Part shown: positions 35,396 through 48,552 of the stretch, piece by piece
Numbering within the stretch: the stretch's first letter is position 1
Layout of the letters: every line of letters begins with the position of its first letter
NCBI GenBank assembly: GCA_052426225.1
Contig: JBNJNM010000012.1
Span: 2,418,001-2,482,000, forward strand
Reading direction: 5' to 3'
Origin: Zancudomyces culisetae HAW-14-8
Taxonomy: Eukaryota > Fungi > Kickxellomycota
Length of the DNA: 64,000 bases
Made by a program: the position numbers and the translations under genes
The notes under the pieces: model-generated
What the model was told of the DNA's origin: nothing
Databases searched by the model: none
What the model saw: only the letters and a program-made list of their open reading frames with translations

Positions 35396-36649
35396 CTATT
35401 CTCTCTCAAAAATACCACACATTCCCATTCCTGTACCCATACACATTGAAATTGCTCCTACTCTCTTGTTTTGTCGTTTAAGTTCGGTCAAAAGTGTTGA
35501 TACCAATCTGGCTCCAGTACATCCCAATGGATGTCCAAATGCAATTGCTCCTCCCTTTGGATTTACTCTGTTTGGATCCAATCCAAGTTTCTCAATGCAG
35601 TACAATGCTTGTGATGCAAATGCTTCATTAAGTTCAACAACGTCCAAGTCATTGATAGTGATTCCTGCCTTCTTAACTGCTTCTGGAATTGCATACGCTG
35701 GTCCAACTCCCATAATACTTGGTGGCACACCTACCACAGCCGAGGTGATAAACTTACCAATGATTGGAAGTCCCAATTCTGTAGCCTTCTTACGCTTCAT
35801 AAGCAATACTGCAGCTGCTCCATCTGATACTTGTGATGAGTTACCTGCTGTTGATGCACCATCTGGTTTGAAAGCTGGTTTCAATGAACCAAGGCTTTGA
35901 AGAGTGGCATCGTGGCGGATTCCATCATCCTCTGATACAATTACTTCCAATACATTACCCTTAGCATCCTTGACTTTTGTTTTTACAGGGAGAATTTCTT
36001 CTTTGAAGAGACCGTTCTTTTGAGCATATGAGGCCTTCTGGTGAGATCTGAGAGCAAACTGGTCTTGCTTTTGACGGGAGACACCGAATTGGGTGGCAAC
36101 GTTTTCTGAAGTGATACCCATTGGAAGCAGGCAATCTCTAACAGCTGGTGTCTTCAACATCTCTTGGTCATAGTAGTTTTCAGCTCTCTTGTTATCACCA
36201 AAGCTTGCTGTCATGCTTTCAGCTCCAGCTGCAACACCAATTTCAATAGTTCCATCTCTGATAGCTGCGGCTACCTGAGCAACTGCTTGCAAACCACTTG
36301 CACATTGTCTATTGAGTGCCATAACACCGGATGCTTCTGGATATCCAGCGTGCAACATAGCCATACGTGCTTGGGCTGCACCACCACCTGGTGGAAGAAC
36401 ATTTCCGACAACTACGTCGTCGATAAGAGCTGGGTCGATTCCGGACTTCTCAACAATGCCCTTCAAGACAACTGAGAGAAGATACTCGTGTGTAGTGTCT
36501 TTGAATCCACCGCGGCGGCCTCTGGTAATTGGTGTTCTGAGCGCGCTAACAATTACAACGTCCTCTGGGTTTTTGACACCAATTTGCACTGATTGCGAAC
36601 CTGCTCCAGCGAAATGCGATGTGATTTGGTCAAGTCTGTTTGAAGCCAT
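35396..36649 (-). CDS. POT1: Peroxisomal 3-ketoacyl-CoA thiolase, copy A
   Basis: PTS2 RLDQITSHF; NRQCASG, NEAF, GHPLG, CMGTG. Confidence 0.95.
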   Translation of the reverse strand: MASNRLDQITSHFAGAGSQSVQIGVKNPEDVVIVSALRTPITRGRRGGFKDTTHEYLLSVVLKGIVEKSGIDPALIDDVVVGNVLPPGGGAAQARMAMLHAGYPEASGVMALNRQCASGLQAVAQVAAAIRDGTIEIGVAAGAESMTASFGDNKRAENYYDQEMLKTPAVRDCLLPMGITSENVATQFGVSRQKQDQFALRSHQKASYAQKNGLFKEEILPVKTKVKDAKGNVLEVIVSEDDGIRHDATLQSLGSLKPAFKPDGASTAGNSSQVSDGAAAVLLMKRKKATELGLPIIGKFITSAVVGVPPSIMGVGPAYAIPEAVKKAGITINDLDVVELNEAFASQALYCIEKLGLDPNRVNPKGGAIAFGHPLGCTGARLVSTLLTELKRQNKRVGAISMCMGTGMGMCGIFERE

Positions 36650-38835
36650 TTTTCTCTTTTGTATGGTTTAGTATTCTCCTGCTGTTACAACAATGTAGTT
36701 TTAGTTTTATTATGTTTACTGAAAATCAAAAGTAAAATTTTTTTGTACTTTGTAGGCGTTTTATATTTTAATAAAGAATTTCGAATATTAAAGTGCCAGC
36801 AATAAACTGTCCTTAAATGATTGTTTTTTATGCTTTTATTCTTTGCTGTTTCATGTAATTTGAACTGTGCTCATGAAAAAATCAATTTCAGCTTCGTTCA
36901 TTTTATTTTTTGTGTGATGTTCACAAGCCAACATTAAAGGAAACCAATTTCACGCATCCAATGAGCAGGGCTAGTGGTACTCTGCATTTTTCATTCGCCA
37001 AAGCCATGAATAAGCAAGCTTTTTTTCTCCACTTTTTTGTGGTATGTTCTGAATTTCCTGCAATTGATTCTTTTTACTAGAACTAATGTCAAATTCCTAA
37101 TTCCAGAATTTGCAAACAATGGCCAAATAAATTTTCACATGCGCATTTAATAATAATTATCTTGTAGCTTGTACTGATTCAGGATCTGTCTGTTTTATAA
37201 TGGCAAATATAGTTTTGCAACACAGCTTTGGATTTGAAATAAAGTTGATAAGAATGTGAATGGTAGGGGTAATTGGTTATGTTATAGGAGCATCATTTGA
37301 AATTTAAAAAAAAACAGGACCTTGCTATTAATATTCTCTAGTAGTTAGCCCGTCTTGCTAGAGGCCCTAGATTCTTCGAAACAGTTGTAAACAAACTTGT
37401 AGCTAATGTACGCTTTCGTATCAACCATAAACTATATGAATGTGTTATTTCAATATATTTAACAATTTCTAGAGGGGAAAATAAATAACCTTGATCATGG
37501 CTTGGCTAACAGGCAATTTTGATTAAGGACCAAGTCGAAAACAGTGTAAACAGGCTCAATGGATAGGTAAATGAAGAATAACAGAATATCTTTGAATAAA
37601 GTGCGACGAATAGAAAAATGCCGTTGTTGGACATACATAGAAGCTGGATTATCCGAACTTTCTGGGTACAGTATACGCTGCAACCTCAGTTAAATAAAAT
37701 AGGACAGTGTTTATTAGTTATTTAAAACTTCAAACCTACCATATAGGTTCGTATACACATGTTGCATAAAATATATTTGATAAGTAGGCATAAAGTAGTA
37801 TCAGGAAAATTTGTAATGTGCATCAAACCCGAAAATTGTTGAAATTTTATATTGAAAGTAGCTAAATGAACATATTTAAACCTTTTTAAACACATGCATT
37901 AGCCCCCCCCTCCTCCCCTTCAGCATTGTACAAATATATATTTCTTGAAATAGTACTAGCATGAATACCGCTATAAATATCTCCGAAAAAGGATCATATG
38001 TATTTTGATAAATAATAATGGTCTGGAAAACATAAGCCCCCTATAAAGTGTTGGTATTTCGAACAACTTTAAATGTAAATTCACAAAAAGCTTGTCAATG
38101 TGACAAGTGTTAGTGTCTCGGAATTCTAGTATATTTGGATCACAAATAATAGAAATTTGATATGAAATACTATAATATTACACAAATTAGTACAAGCAGA
38201 CAGAACAGAAAAGGGGTTGTAGTACTTTAAAATATAGTCACCCATATTCGCCATAAATAATGGGGGAAGGAGCATCCGCTTAGATGTATGAGTTTCAAAA
38301 ATATATAGCCTGAAATTTAATGTACTGAACCAGAATTCTCACTTGTTATGTTGTAACTATCTAATCGTATATATTATTAAACTTGTGTACTAAATAATAT
38401 TGCACAGACTATCAACTTAAGTAGGGATTCAGTTCATGTGGTTTTAAATGTACTTTTTTATAGAGTCACTTTTCTAGCGCTAATAATAAATGAAATATTT
38501 GGTTGTAAAAAAGAAAAAAACAGACATACACATAAACATACCAGAGTATTCGTGATGTCCATTTCGTATATTTATTGCTAAGAGATGTAAAAAAAGCCAT
38601 ACCATGAAATATCGTACTTCATTAATGCGGAAAATTATGCTCCTCTCAATTTATATATATTATTAGACCCGAGTATTCGATATCAAAACAAACCACAAAA
38701 AAAAAAGTTGATGCCCCCAAACAAAGGTACTTGAAAATATGTATAAGTCTGAAAATACGAGAAGCGACCATGTTAAATACATTATTAAATATATGTATAT
38801 ATTAATTAATAAACCTACGTTAAAAATACCTAAAG

Positions 38836-40089
38836 CTACTCCCTTTCAAAAATACCACACATTCCCATTCCTGTACCCATACACATTGAAATTGCTCCTA
38901 CTCTCTTATTTTGTCGTTTAAGTTCGGTCAAAAGTGTTGATACCAATCTGGCTCCAGTACATCCCAATGGATGTCCAAATGCAATTGCTCCTCCCTTTGG
39001 ATTCACTCTGTTTGGATCCAATCCAAGCTTCTCAATGCAGTACAATGCTTGTGATGCAAATGCTTCATTAAGTTCAACAACGTCCAAGTCATTGATAGTG
39101 ATTCCTGCCTTCTTAACTGCTTCTGGAATTGCATATGCTGGTCCAACTCCCATAATACTTGGTGGCACACCTACCACAGCCGAGGTGATAAACTTACCAA
39201 TGATTGGAAGTCCCAATTCTGTAGCCTTCTTACGCTTCATAAGCAATACTGCAGCTGCTCCATCTGATACTTGTGATGAGTTACCTGCTGTTGATGCACC
39301 ATCTGGTTTGAAAGCTGGTTTCAATGAACCAAGGCTTTGAAGAGTGGCATCGTGGCGGATTCCATCATCCTCTGATACAATTACTTCCAATACATTACCC
39401 TTAGCATCCTTGACTTTTGTTTTTACAGGGAGGATTTCTTCTTTGAAGAGACCGTTCTTTTGAGCATATGAGGCCTTCTGGTGAGATCTGAGAGCAAACT
39501 GGTCTTGCTTTTGACGGGAGACACCGAATTGGGTGGCAACGTTTTCTGAAGTGATACCCATTGGCAGCAGGCAATCCTCTACCAATGGATTTTCTAGCGA
39601 GCTTTCGTCACAATCTTCTCTCAATAGCTTGATTTTCTGAAAGTAACTGGTCATGCTTTCAACGCCAGCAGCTATTCCCACCTCTGTAGTTCCATCTCTG
39701 ATTGCCGAAGCAAGCTGGGTAACTGCTTGCAAACCACTTGCACAATGCCTGTTTATTGAAACGACGCTTGCTGAATCGGGAATTCCGGCATGCAACATGG
39801 CCATGCGTCCCAAAGCTACACCACCTCCTAATGTGTTTACGGTACCTATAACAAGCTCAGTAATTATCTTTGGATCAATCCCAGCCTGTTCAATAACACC
39901 GCTTATGATACAGTAGAGCAGACGTTCAACTTTTGTGTCTTTCAATCCACCCTTATATGCTCTTGTGATGGGTGTTCTGAAGGCAGAAACAATAACTACA
40001 TCCTCAGGATTTTTAAACCCTATTATAGTTTTTTTTGTTTTTTTGTTTGCAAAATGCTCGGACAACTGATCCAGTCTCTGTGTGGCCAT
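38836..40089 (-). CDS. POT1: Peroxisomal 3-ketoacyl-CoA thiolase, tandem copy B
   Basis: PTS2 RLDQLSEHF; NRHCASG; C-terminal ~245 aa identical to copy A. Confidence 0.93.
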   Translation of the reverse strand: MATQRLDQLSEHFANKKTKKTIIGFKNPEDVVIVSAFRTPITRAYKGGLKDTKVERLLYCIISGVIEQAGIDPKIITELVIGTVNTLGGGVALGRMAMLHAGIPDSASVVSINRHCASGLQAVTQLASAIRDGTTEVGIAAGVESMTSYFQKIKLLREDCDESSLENPLVEDCLLPMGITSENVATQFGVSRQKQDQFALRSHQKASYAQKNGLFKEEILPVKTKVKDAKGNVLEVIVSEDDGIRHDATLQSLGSLKPAFKPDGASTAGNSSQVSDGAAAVLLMKRKKATELGLPIIGKFITSAVVGVPPSIMGVGPAYAIPEAVKKAGITINDLDVVELNEAFASQALYCIEKLGLDPNRVNPKGGAIAFGHPLGCTGARLVSTLLTELKRQNKRVGAISMCMGTGMGMCGIFERE

Positions 40090-41511
40090 CTTGTCGTTTT
40101 AAACAGCAACTTGTTTTAATATGCTAATTTATACTCTTTGGTTGGGTCTTTTTGTTTTAACTAAACACGCCTTATAATTATATTTTATGTGTTGAAGAGA
40201 TATGGTTTGTTTTTGTTTTTTTTTTGGAGTGGATGTATCGTTACTGGTACTCTGTCACCAACGGTTTTAATCTTATCTAAAAATGTATATAGTTGTATTG
40301 GTACAACTAAAAACGATATTGATTAGTAACTATATATAAGCTTTTCAGGAGTATTTGAAATGCAAACACAAAAAATATATATAAAAGGAAAAGGCAAAAG
40401 GTAAAACTGGGATATTTTTTGAAACCAGTTGGCGTGTTCATCAACTTGGGGGTTAGTTGTTTTAAAGGGGGCATTTATCGCCACGATTTTATCACCACTA
40501 TTCTGTTCATGCTGGAAAACAATTATACAGAGTGAAACCAAATCGCACTCGTGAATAGTAAGTATTCTGCAATAATACTCTTGAAATTTTGGCCTAATGG
40601 ATGGAAAAGAAGGGGGAAGGAGAGGTAAGGAGAGGAGGTAGGGTTATAAAATAAATTGTAATGTATTTTTGTTCAGTGAGCGTGCAAAAATTCCTACTTT
40701 CCAAAACAGAACGCATAACGGATAAAAGAAAGAATAAATGAGAAAAGGTAGTGAAAAAGACAGTTGGGAGAGTTTCAAGGCACAATCACATTTACTTGGT
40801 AGATTTCACATGTGATATTAACACTTCCGTTTCATACCTGGGGGTTTTTTGTTGTTCAAATTAAGTGAGAAAAACGCGTAAACCAAAGCCTCATTCTAGC
40901 CTACTACAAAACTTATTGCCAAAATAAACACTCTTGTAAGAATTTACTTGATACATTAGCATTTATTCGCAGTATTTTATATGCTATTTTCATCCAAGTA
41001 GGTTGAAATATAAATTTTTGTTAAGCAAAGCTCTGGAGGTTCAGGTTAAAAAAGTAGATGCATGTATAAAACTGCAGATGCTTTTTTGTAGACTAGTTAG
41101 TGTTCAACAAACGACATGTATGAGGTTGTTGTGTTTATTCTGTCCCTCCTTTCAGCAAAAGTGTGCTCTATAAGTGTTGGGTTTTCTTACTGGTGGTTTG
41201 AAGCCAAGGAATAATGTAGACTCTGTAAAGAAGTCAGGGGTGTGTATGTAGTTATCACCAGCTTTGTAAATCGTTCAGACAATATTGCTGCTGGTTTTAC
41301 AGCGTCAAGTTATATCTCCAGTGTTCGAGCACCACCAAAAAATCGGTTTTGAAGTTGCAATCAATTTTCCAACACCATTCACTAAAATTTTTTTTCCTTC
41401 TGTTTTGTTATCCGATTTCGGAATGTTGTCAATTTGGGACTATTTTTTTCCCTAGATATATTAATTAGAAAAACACTAAAAAGTAGAAAAAGAGGCTGAA
41501 AAAAGGGCAAA

Positions 41512-42141
41512 ATGCATGGATTAACACAAAATGCCCGAGTAGCTAATAGAATCCTACAGAGAGAACTTATGAGAAAATGCGGTTTTAAAGATTTAGGGCG
41601 AACTCGCAGGCAAAGGCAGATAAGCTGTATGGTAATTCAGAGTCGAGAAAATTGTGTATTTCCTAATAGATATAACTGGAGTATAAAAGAAGAAGTCCTG
41701 GGAGTTATTAACATCAAAGATCAAGTAGGCAAATCTAAAGGCGAAGAAAACCCAGTGAGTGTTGACAAAATATTTGCAATGAGTGGACTTGTACAACTAC
41801 CTACAGGCACAAAGAAGGGAAATGGATTAATGGAAAAGCAATCCAGTACAGTGCAAGTAGGAAGCACTGCTGGTGCAGACCCAGATGCGTATAGTAGCGA
41901 TATTACCGATCTGATAAAGTTTGTAGAATACATAAAAGAGGTAGACTTGACAAATGTGGAGCCTCTTGAAAGCCTGAGCATGGACTGCCATGTTGAATTG
42001 CATGAGGCCGAATGCGATATAGACCAACAATTCAGTAGCCATAGCGTGGAAGAGGAGGTGGCAGGCACAGCATTGATGGATATGCTAACCGAAAACAGCA
42101 AAAGCAAGAGAGAGGGGAATTATTTTGTAGTAGAAACGTAA
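41512..42141 (+). CDS. Mitochondrial Glu-tRNA(Gln) amidotransferase subunit C/F-like
   Basis: Arg-rich presequence; DITDLIKFVEYIKEVDLTNVEPL and terminal REGNYFVV resemble GatC. Confidence 0.65.
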   Translation: MHGLTQNARVANRILQRELMRKCGFKDLGRTRRQRQISCMVIQSRENCVFPNRYNWSIKEEVLGVINIKDQVGKSKGEENPVSVDKIFAMSGLVQLPTGTKKGNGLMEKQSSTVQVGSTAGADPDAYSSDITDLIKFVEYIKEVDLTNVEPLESLSMDCHVELHEAECDIDQQFSSHSVEEEVAGTALMDMLTENSKSKREGNYFVVET

Positions 42142-42286
42142 AGTGAAAATGTTTTGCAAATTGGTAATCAAAGTAGAATTGATCAAAAAAGAAAGAAATA
42201 AAAGATAGACTTCTAGATACAAATATTGAACATACGTTTATAAAACTAATAACAAAAATAAAACAGAGGGGGGGGGAGGGGAGGAA

Positions 42287-43513
42287 TTACTGTTGGGCGC
42301 ACTGGACGCCAGGACCACCGCGGTGTGGACCATCATCCTCATCCATATCGTCAGGGTTCTTTGAGTAGAAAGAGCGAGCGCGTGGGTCCATGTCTGACAG
42401 AACAACCTCCTCAACGGAGTAGCCAGAAGGAACGCTGGGCAATGCGATTGGAGGAGGGAGGAGAGCGGCAAGCTTCTCCATGTTTTCTGGAGAAGTCCAG
42501 TTGCTTTGAGGGAAAACAACGTCGAATTTGACATAAAGACTTCCGGTTGGCTCGTGACGGTATCCAGGCATTCCTTGGCCGGTGATAGACTTCATTTCTT
42601 GGTGGGAAATAACTTCACCTGGAATGATATCGACAGCCAAGACACGCTTGTTGAGATGTTCAACATGGAAAGTTCCACCAGTCAAAGCAGTGACAAGGTT
42701 GATTTTAACCTCAGTAATCAAGTCATTTTCTCTTCGTTTGAAGCGAGGGTGAGGTTTTTCCTCAATGATAATCACAATATCACCAGGGATGGTGTTTGGA
42801 GCTTGGTCAGATTCTCTTTCAAAGACGATTCTCTGGCCATCGCGCATGCCAGGCTCGATAACTACATCCAACTGCTTGCGCTCAGTGATTACCTTGTCTC
42901 CATTGCATTCACGGCACTTGTCGCGTTCGTTGATGATTTCACCGGCACCACGACATACATGACACTGCTGCTGGATCTGTTGTAGCATTGGTCCAATCTG
43001 TCGAGTAATTATTCGTGAACCTGACCCTCCACAAGTACCACATGTTCTGACGGCTCCCTCTTTTCCTCCTTTTCCGTCACACTTCTTACATATCACTGCT
43101 CTTGTTACCTGGATCTTTGTAGTCTTTCCGCTGTACAACTCTTCAAGATTTACCTTCAGTGTGTGTGACATGTCTCTGCCCTTGCGTGGTCCGTGATTTG
43201 CTCTGCTATGTCCTCCTCCAAATACTCCTGCACCAAAGAATTGTGAGAACAAATCTTCGGCTGACATGCCTCCCTCTCCAGCATCTCCACTTAATCCTGC
43301 CTCTCCGAATCTGTCATATCTTTCTCTTTTGTCTTGATCTGACAATATTTCATATGCATGTGATATTTCCTTGAATTTTTCTGTAGACTCTGCGTCTGAG
43401 TTCTTGTCTGGATGATATTTAAGTGCCAGCTTTCTATATGCCTTCTTAATTTCTGTCAATTGAGCAGTTGGCGAAATCTCAAGCAAGTCGTACAATCTAG
43501 TTTCAACAGCCAT
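42287..43513 (-). CDS. YDJ1: Type I Hsp40 co-chaperone Ydj1/DNAJA
   Basis: J domain HPD, G/F region, four CxxCxGxG-type motifs, CAAX box CAQQ. Confidence 0.96.
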   Translation of the reverse strand: MAVETRLYDLLEISPTAQLTEIKKAYRKLALKYHPDKNSDAESTEKFKEISHAYEILSDQDKRERYDRFGEAGLSGDAGEGGMSAEDLFSQFFGAGVFGGGHSRANHGPRKGRDMSHTLKVNLEELYSGKTTKIQVTRAVICKKCDGKGGKEGAVRTCGTCGGSGSRIITRQIGPMLQQIQQQCHVCRGAGEIINERDKCRECNGDKVITERKQLDVVIEPGMRDGQRIVFERESDQAPNTIPGDIVIIIEEKPHPRFKRRENDLITEVKINLVTALTGGTFHVEHLNKRVLAVDIIPGEVISHQEMKSITGQGMPGYRHEPTGSLYVKFDVVFPQSNWTSPENMEKLAALLPPPIALPSVPSGYSVEEVVLSDMDPRARSFYSKNPDDMDEDDGPHRGGPGVQCAQQ

Positions 43514-45300
43514 TTTTTTAATTTTCGTTCTTTTAATGTTCTTTCTTTTCTGATATACGTTCTACAAATAGCCGAAAACTCGTTAAGCAATTGAAAATAC
43601 TAGTGTATTTAACTTGAAAGAAGTTTTTATCTGAACACTATGGAAAAGTTGAAAGAAAATTTTTTTTTTACTTTTGCTCTTTATATGTTTTGCGTTTTTT
43701 TTTCTTTTGGTAATTCGCAACCTGTATTTACTCTAAACAATGGATATTGCTTTGGCAAAATGTGTTGTTTTTAAGATTTGTAATGAATATGGTAAAAAAA
43801 AATTTTTTTAGCTAAAATTTCAAATTATTTGAAACTACCCCCATAGAAGGAATGAAAAAGAATTGTACATCAAAACGAATGATTAAATGTTCCATTCCCC
43901 TTGCACCCCCCAAGCTTTTCCTGAAAAATAGTGCAATTTACTCTGGTATTTAGCAAGTTGGCACAAAGCTTTAAGGATTGCTGAAAGATTTTGCCTACTT
44001 ATCAGTGGAGTTAATGACTGTAAATTATGAAGAGTAAAAGTTTGTACCAGGTCGTCGTGACTATGGTATATTTTGTTTACTCTCTTGTAATTTCTAGCTT
44101 TTGATTATGAGCCTAGTGTTTTCTACTTATCAGCTTTCTGAACCTTATCCATGCATTATTGTTGTTCTTGATTTCGATTTTCTAATCATGCACAGAATAA
44201 AAGAAAGAGGTAGAAAACGGTGGAGAAGTTGGTGGTAGTCATGTGTTATGCCCTAAAATCACTGAACTGGGATGGCGAGGATAATTATTAATGCATTATT
44301 ATCGCTGGCCGGCAATACTACTGTTACTGATGCTGTAAAGTGCTTTGTAGTTTGCATGCATTGGGCTTGTGGTATTTTCAATGCGGGAGGTTTCAGGTAA
44401 CCAGTCCATAAGTTCATTGCTGCACCATGTGTTTCCTGACAAAGTTTACGGGGTTATGAAATCTGTAATTGCGCTTTTTTGTTGTAATAGAACAGTAAAT
44501 GATTTCTTTACTATTTCAAGATTTTGAGAAAATAAATGGCATTTTCCATTTGTTCCAGCCAATTAACAACGATTATTTTGAAGAATTTCCATTAGATTCT
44601 TTTGGTTTCCATTTCTTTATAAAAGCAAAAGATAAGTGATGATGAAAGATTATATAAATTTTAGAAAGTTGGTGTTTTCCAGAAAAAAAAAGCAATAATA
44701 AAGCGAACCAATATTTTGTTCGTTTTTACCAATTTCGGCTATCTTTGCCACATTACACTGTGATTGGTGGAAGAATACAGTGAACAACCTAAAACCAATC
44801 CTTTGGCATTATAATTTGATCTTGTAGAAATGATAATTCCCTCATTTTTACTCGTGGTAAACTAAGGACAAAATATTGTTGTTCTAATTTTAGCTTAGAA
44901 AAGGGCCAGCTAGCCAAAAAAAGTCAAATATTGAGCTAGCAAAGGGTATAGAGCCGATTAGAGAGTATTCGGTAGGCTCAAACTTTTATGTAAATGACTA
45001 CATACACAAGCAAAAGGTCGTGGCTGTAGTGATATCACTTTTAGAGCATTGCTCATCAAAATTGTTTCATAAAAAGTTGTTGTTTGGTTGCATACACCAT
45101 TGGTTTATGGGCGCAGAATTGAATGATTGCACATTTAATAATCGGGGTCATTCTGTTGTTTTTGTTCAATCTTCAAAAGGTGAACCTAGTCAACAGAAAG
45201 CATTATAGAAAGAACCCGCAAATGAAAATTATAATGTTTGGGTATAACAAACATCATTCTTTTGGATGCAAAAAAACAACAACAACACAAATGTCAATAA

Positions 45301-45337
45301 TGATATCGATATTGATATTGATATTGATATTGATATT
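45301..45337. repeat. (TGATAT)6 microsatellite
   Basis: Directly visible. Confidence 0.8.
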
Positions 45338-45936
45338 TTTATTGATATCGGTTATGTATATACTCCCACAAGGGCCGCCTTCTATCTATCATCTTTAAAT
45401 TTATAAATGAATCAGGATATAATTCAGTCATAACACCAAATCACCCTGAACCTCCTAACATTCTCAAAAACAGCCAAATAGAAAACAAGGTATTGAAAGA
45501 ATGCAAAACCCGCGGTGTATAACATAATATAATGGACAGTTTTGATGATTGTACACCCATCTAAAAACTACAAAATGGTGTTTAAGATAAAGGGGGCGGG
45601 GCGGAGGAGGCTCTAGTGGTAGTGATGTTGATTTTGGTATTTACTAGCTTTGATCATTCTTGGATCGGAAAAAAAATTTTTTTTTCCAGCAAACTCTTGA
45701 CATTTAGAAAATTTTTTTTAGGCCAAATCAGATTGAAACCAGGGAAATATTAAAAAAATTTTTTTTTTGTTTAGCAGTTTGTATATTCTAGTTGCAATTG
45801 AATGTGAAGGATTTCACGCCTACTTACACTAAATAAATATATATTCATACATAACTACATACATAATCTAAGGCTATAAAGCAGGAAAAAAAGAATATAG
45901 AAGATAGTAACATAAGGAAAGCAAAACAAAACAAGG

Positions 45937-48552
45937 ATGGCAGAAATAGTTCAGTACAGACTTGAGTCCATGATTCCAGAATTGGAGGATCTGGAAAGGA
46001 AGGGTTTGTTTAGTTCCGAAGAAATAAAACAAATAGTTAAAAAACGAGGTAGATTTGAGTATTTAATTAAAAGAAGGCAGCCACCAATCCAAGATTTTCA
46101 GAGGTATATAGAATACGAGAAAAATCTGGAAAAGCTGAGGATATGGAGGAAAAGGAGACTAGGTGTGAAGGACCGAAGACAAACAATAAGCGACAGAGCT
46201 ATAAGACAAAGGATAGAAAGTATATACGAAAGAGCGATACTCAAACATAAGGGTAAATTAGAGGTATGGCTGGAGTATATTGAGTTTAAAAAAGAGGAGG
46301 AAGAACGAGAAGAAAAGAAGAGCAAAAAAGTACAACAAGGCCAAGTAGGGGCAGGAAAAGAGGTCAAAAAATTAATGTCGAGAGTTATTCAAGTGTTTCC
46401 ACAAAACGCGAGTCTCTGGATAGAAGCGGCTCGAATGGAGTATGAAGAAGAGGGTGACGTAGAAAAAGCGAGAAAACTGATGCAAAGAGCGATAAGAATA
46501 AACAAAGATGATATCAGTGTGTGGATAGAGTACTGTAAGATGGAATTATTGTATATAGAAAAAATTAAACAACGAAGAAAGGTTTTGGGTATTGATGAAC
46601 TCGAGAAGAGCGAAAATGGTCAACAAGAGAACAACGCAGGTGAGAAATCAGAGTCAAGTGAGAAAAAGCAACAGGAAGGAGATAAGGAAAACCACAAAAG
46701 TGGCAATGATTCAGATACTAACGAAGATGAGCATTTTTCAGACGATGTGATTAAGTTTGATGTAGAGAAAGAGAATCCGGATGGAGAACAGAGTGAAGAA
46801 AGTGATGAGGAGGAGAGAGAGTTTGAAAAAATACAAAATGAGGAATTCAAGCAAGCGATGGAGATAGTTGAAAGAAGATACAACAAAGAAAAGGAAAACA
46901 AGCGAAAAAGGTCCAGATTGGGGCAAGAAGAGGAAGAGGAAATCATTCGACAAAAGATGGAGGTATCCAACAATGAGTACTTGCAGGGCAAAATAGCACT
47001 AGTGGTATACAAATATGCAATTCAAAGTGTCAATACCTTGGAGATGCGAAAGCAGTTTTATGACTTGTTTTCAAAGTTTAAATTTAACGAGGGAGTACAA
47101 CAAGTGCTTGAAGAAACCGTTGAGCATTATGTATCAAATAATAAAGATTCTGTGACTAGTATTGAAAGTTTGAGAGAGAGGGTTGAGGCTTTGATATTTG
47201 TACATAAGAGTCAGATCGACCAAGCCAATACATTCTCTGTGAATGCTTTCAGCGTTGATTGGCTTAAAAACTATTCAAAGGTATACAAAGAAATTGAGGA
47301 TAATTTAGAATCGGGATCTGATAACAAGGAGTTTGTTTATTTATATTGGATCTCAAGCATAGGAATGTTAAAAGACGTTTTATCTGAGTTTGTAGAATCC
47401 ACCAGTGGAGGAAATACAAACAGCACGAGATCTTCCAGGCGAAAAAGACAAAAGTCATCCACACAAAACAGCAATAATAACCAGCAACTTGAAAATGTAA
47501 AGAAATACATAGTCAAATCAATTGTATTGCTTTATGAAAAGGTTTTGACCAAAAATGAATTGTACGACTCCATAGTTTCAGAAAGCGATTACATTGAGTA
47601 CATTGAGTTTGGATTGGAGAATAATGCTATGGACAAGAGTTCTGTCCAGGAACGTGTGGATCAAGGAATCGAACTTTATTATGAAAATAAAAATAAGGAG
47701 AGTGCCAGTGGCAAGCTTCTGCTTTTCAAACTGAAGCACATATTCAACTCCTTTGTAGATACCAGCGAGAACGCTAATGAGTACATTGCAGAGTTTGAAA
47801 AGGTATACAAAGTCTTCTTGTCAAAATCTGTGCTGATTGGAGATATCAAAGTGGCAGAGGAAATTTTTGCTTTGTATTTGGATTTCAAAGATAGTTTGTA
47901 CTATGCTAAAATCGTTGATACATATGACCTGGAAATGTTATCAAGTGATTACATTGCTACTATGACCAAACTCGTTTCGTTTTTTATTTCTCAACCTCTG
48001 AACAAGGCACAATTAAATGCAAGTGATGCTCAGATCAACAAAGATAATGGAAACGCTGTTCTCAGTGTTAAAAAGGATGATAACAATGCCTCCGCTAGCA
48101 TCAGTGACGTGTTGGAGTCGTTGCTTGTTCGCTATTTGAACCTTTTTTCCAGCGGAGATATTTCAACTTTCCGTTCAAAGTTCACTAATTCCATCCAAAA
48201 AAATAACTTTCTTTCATACCTGACCTCTACTGTAAATGTCGTCGCTTTAGTCATTCAAACCGAGTCCAATTATTTGCTTTCAGAACTAAACTCAAAGTCA
48301 CATCTCCCCTTAACCAAAAAGCTTGCGTATATCAAAAGCACTCCTGATTTGCTTTCCTGCTACAGCCATATCACTTCTCTGTACAATTCTCTACTTTCCA
48401 GCAACTCCTCCGTTTTCCAACTATGGTCTGATCTCGTTTCTTTCCATCTTGCTTGCGGCGACCTAGTTTCTGCCACTAGTTGCCGTCACTCCGCACTGCT
48501 ATCCAACAATAACAATCCATTACTGGTCCAGATGTTATCAAAGCTTTTCTAA
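45937..48552 (+). CDS. UTP6: U3 snoRNP-associated protein Utp6
   Basis: MAEIVQYRLESMIPELEDLERKGLFS..EIKQIVKKR..FEY; HAT repeats (LWIEAARMEYE, WIEYCKMEL). Confidence 0.92.
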   Translation: MAEIVQYRLESMIPELEDLERKGLFSSEEIKQIVKKRGRFEYLIKRRQPPIQDFQRYIEYEKNLEKLRIWRKRRLGVKDRRQTISDRAIRQRIESIYERAILKHKGKLEVWLEYIEFKKEEEEREEKKSKKVQQGQVGAGKEVKKLMSRVIQVFPQNASLWIEAARMEYEEEGDVEKARKLMQRAIRINKDDISVWIEYCKMELLYIEKIKQRRKVLGIDELEKSENGQQENNAGEKSESSEKKQQEGDKENHKSGNDSDTNEDEHFSDDVIKFDVEKENPDGEQSEESDEEEREFEKIQNEEFKQAMEIVERRYNKEKENKRKRSRLGQEEEEEIIRQKMEVSNNEYLQGKIALVVYKYAIQSVNTLEMRKQFYDLFSKFKFNEGVQQVLEETVEHYVSNNKDSVTSIESLRERVEALIFVHKSQIDQANTFSVNAFSVDWLKNYSKVYKEIEDNLESGSDNKEFVYLYWISSIGMLKDVLSEFVESTSGGNTNSTRSSRRKRQKSSTQNSNNNQQLENVKKYIVKSIVLLYEKVLTKNELYDSIVSESDYIEYIEFGLENNAMDKSSVQERVDQGIELYYENKNKESASGKLLLFKLKHIFNSFVDTSENANEYIAEFEKVYKVFLSKSVLIGDIKVAEEIFALYLDFKDSLYYAKIVDTYDLEMLSSDYIATMTKLVSFFISQPLNKAQLNASDAQINKDNGNAVLSVKKDDNNASASISDVLESLLVRYLNLFSSGDISTFRSKFTNSIQKNNFLSYLTSTVNVVALVIQTESNYLLSELNSKSHLPLTKKLAYIKSTPDLLSCYSHITSLYNSLLSSNSSVFQLWSDLVSFHLACGDLVSATSCRHSALLSNNNNPLLVQMLSKLF

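Noticed and set aside
44575-44690. Heat-shock elements upstream of YDJ1
   Set aside because: Only two correctly spaced nGAAn units (TTCcaGAA), over 1 kb from the ATG; not enough to call.
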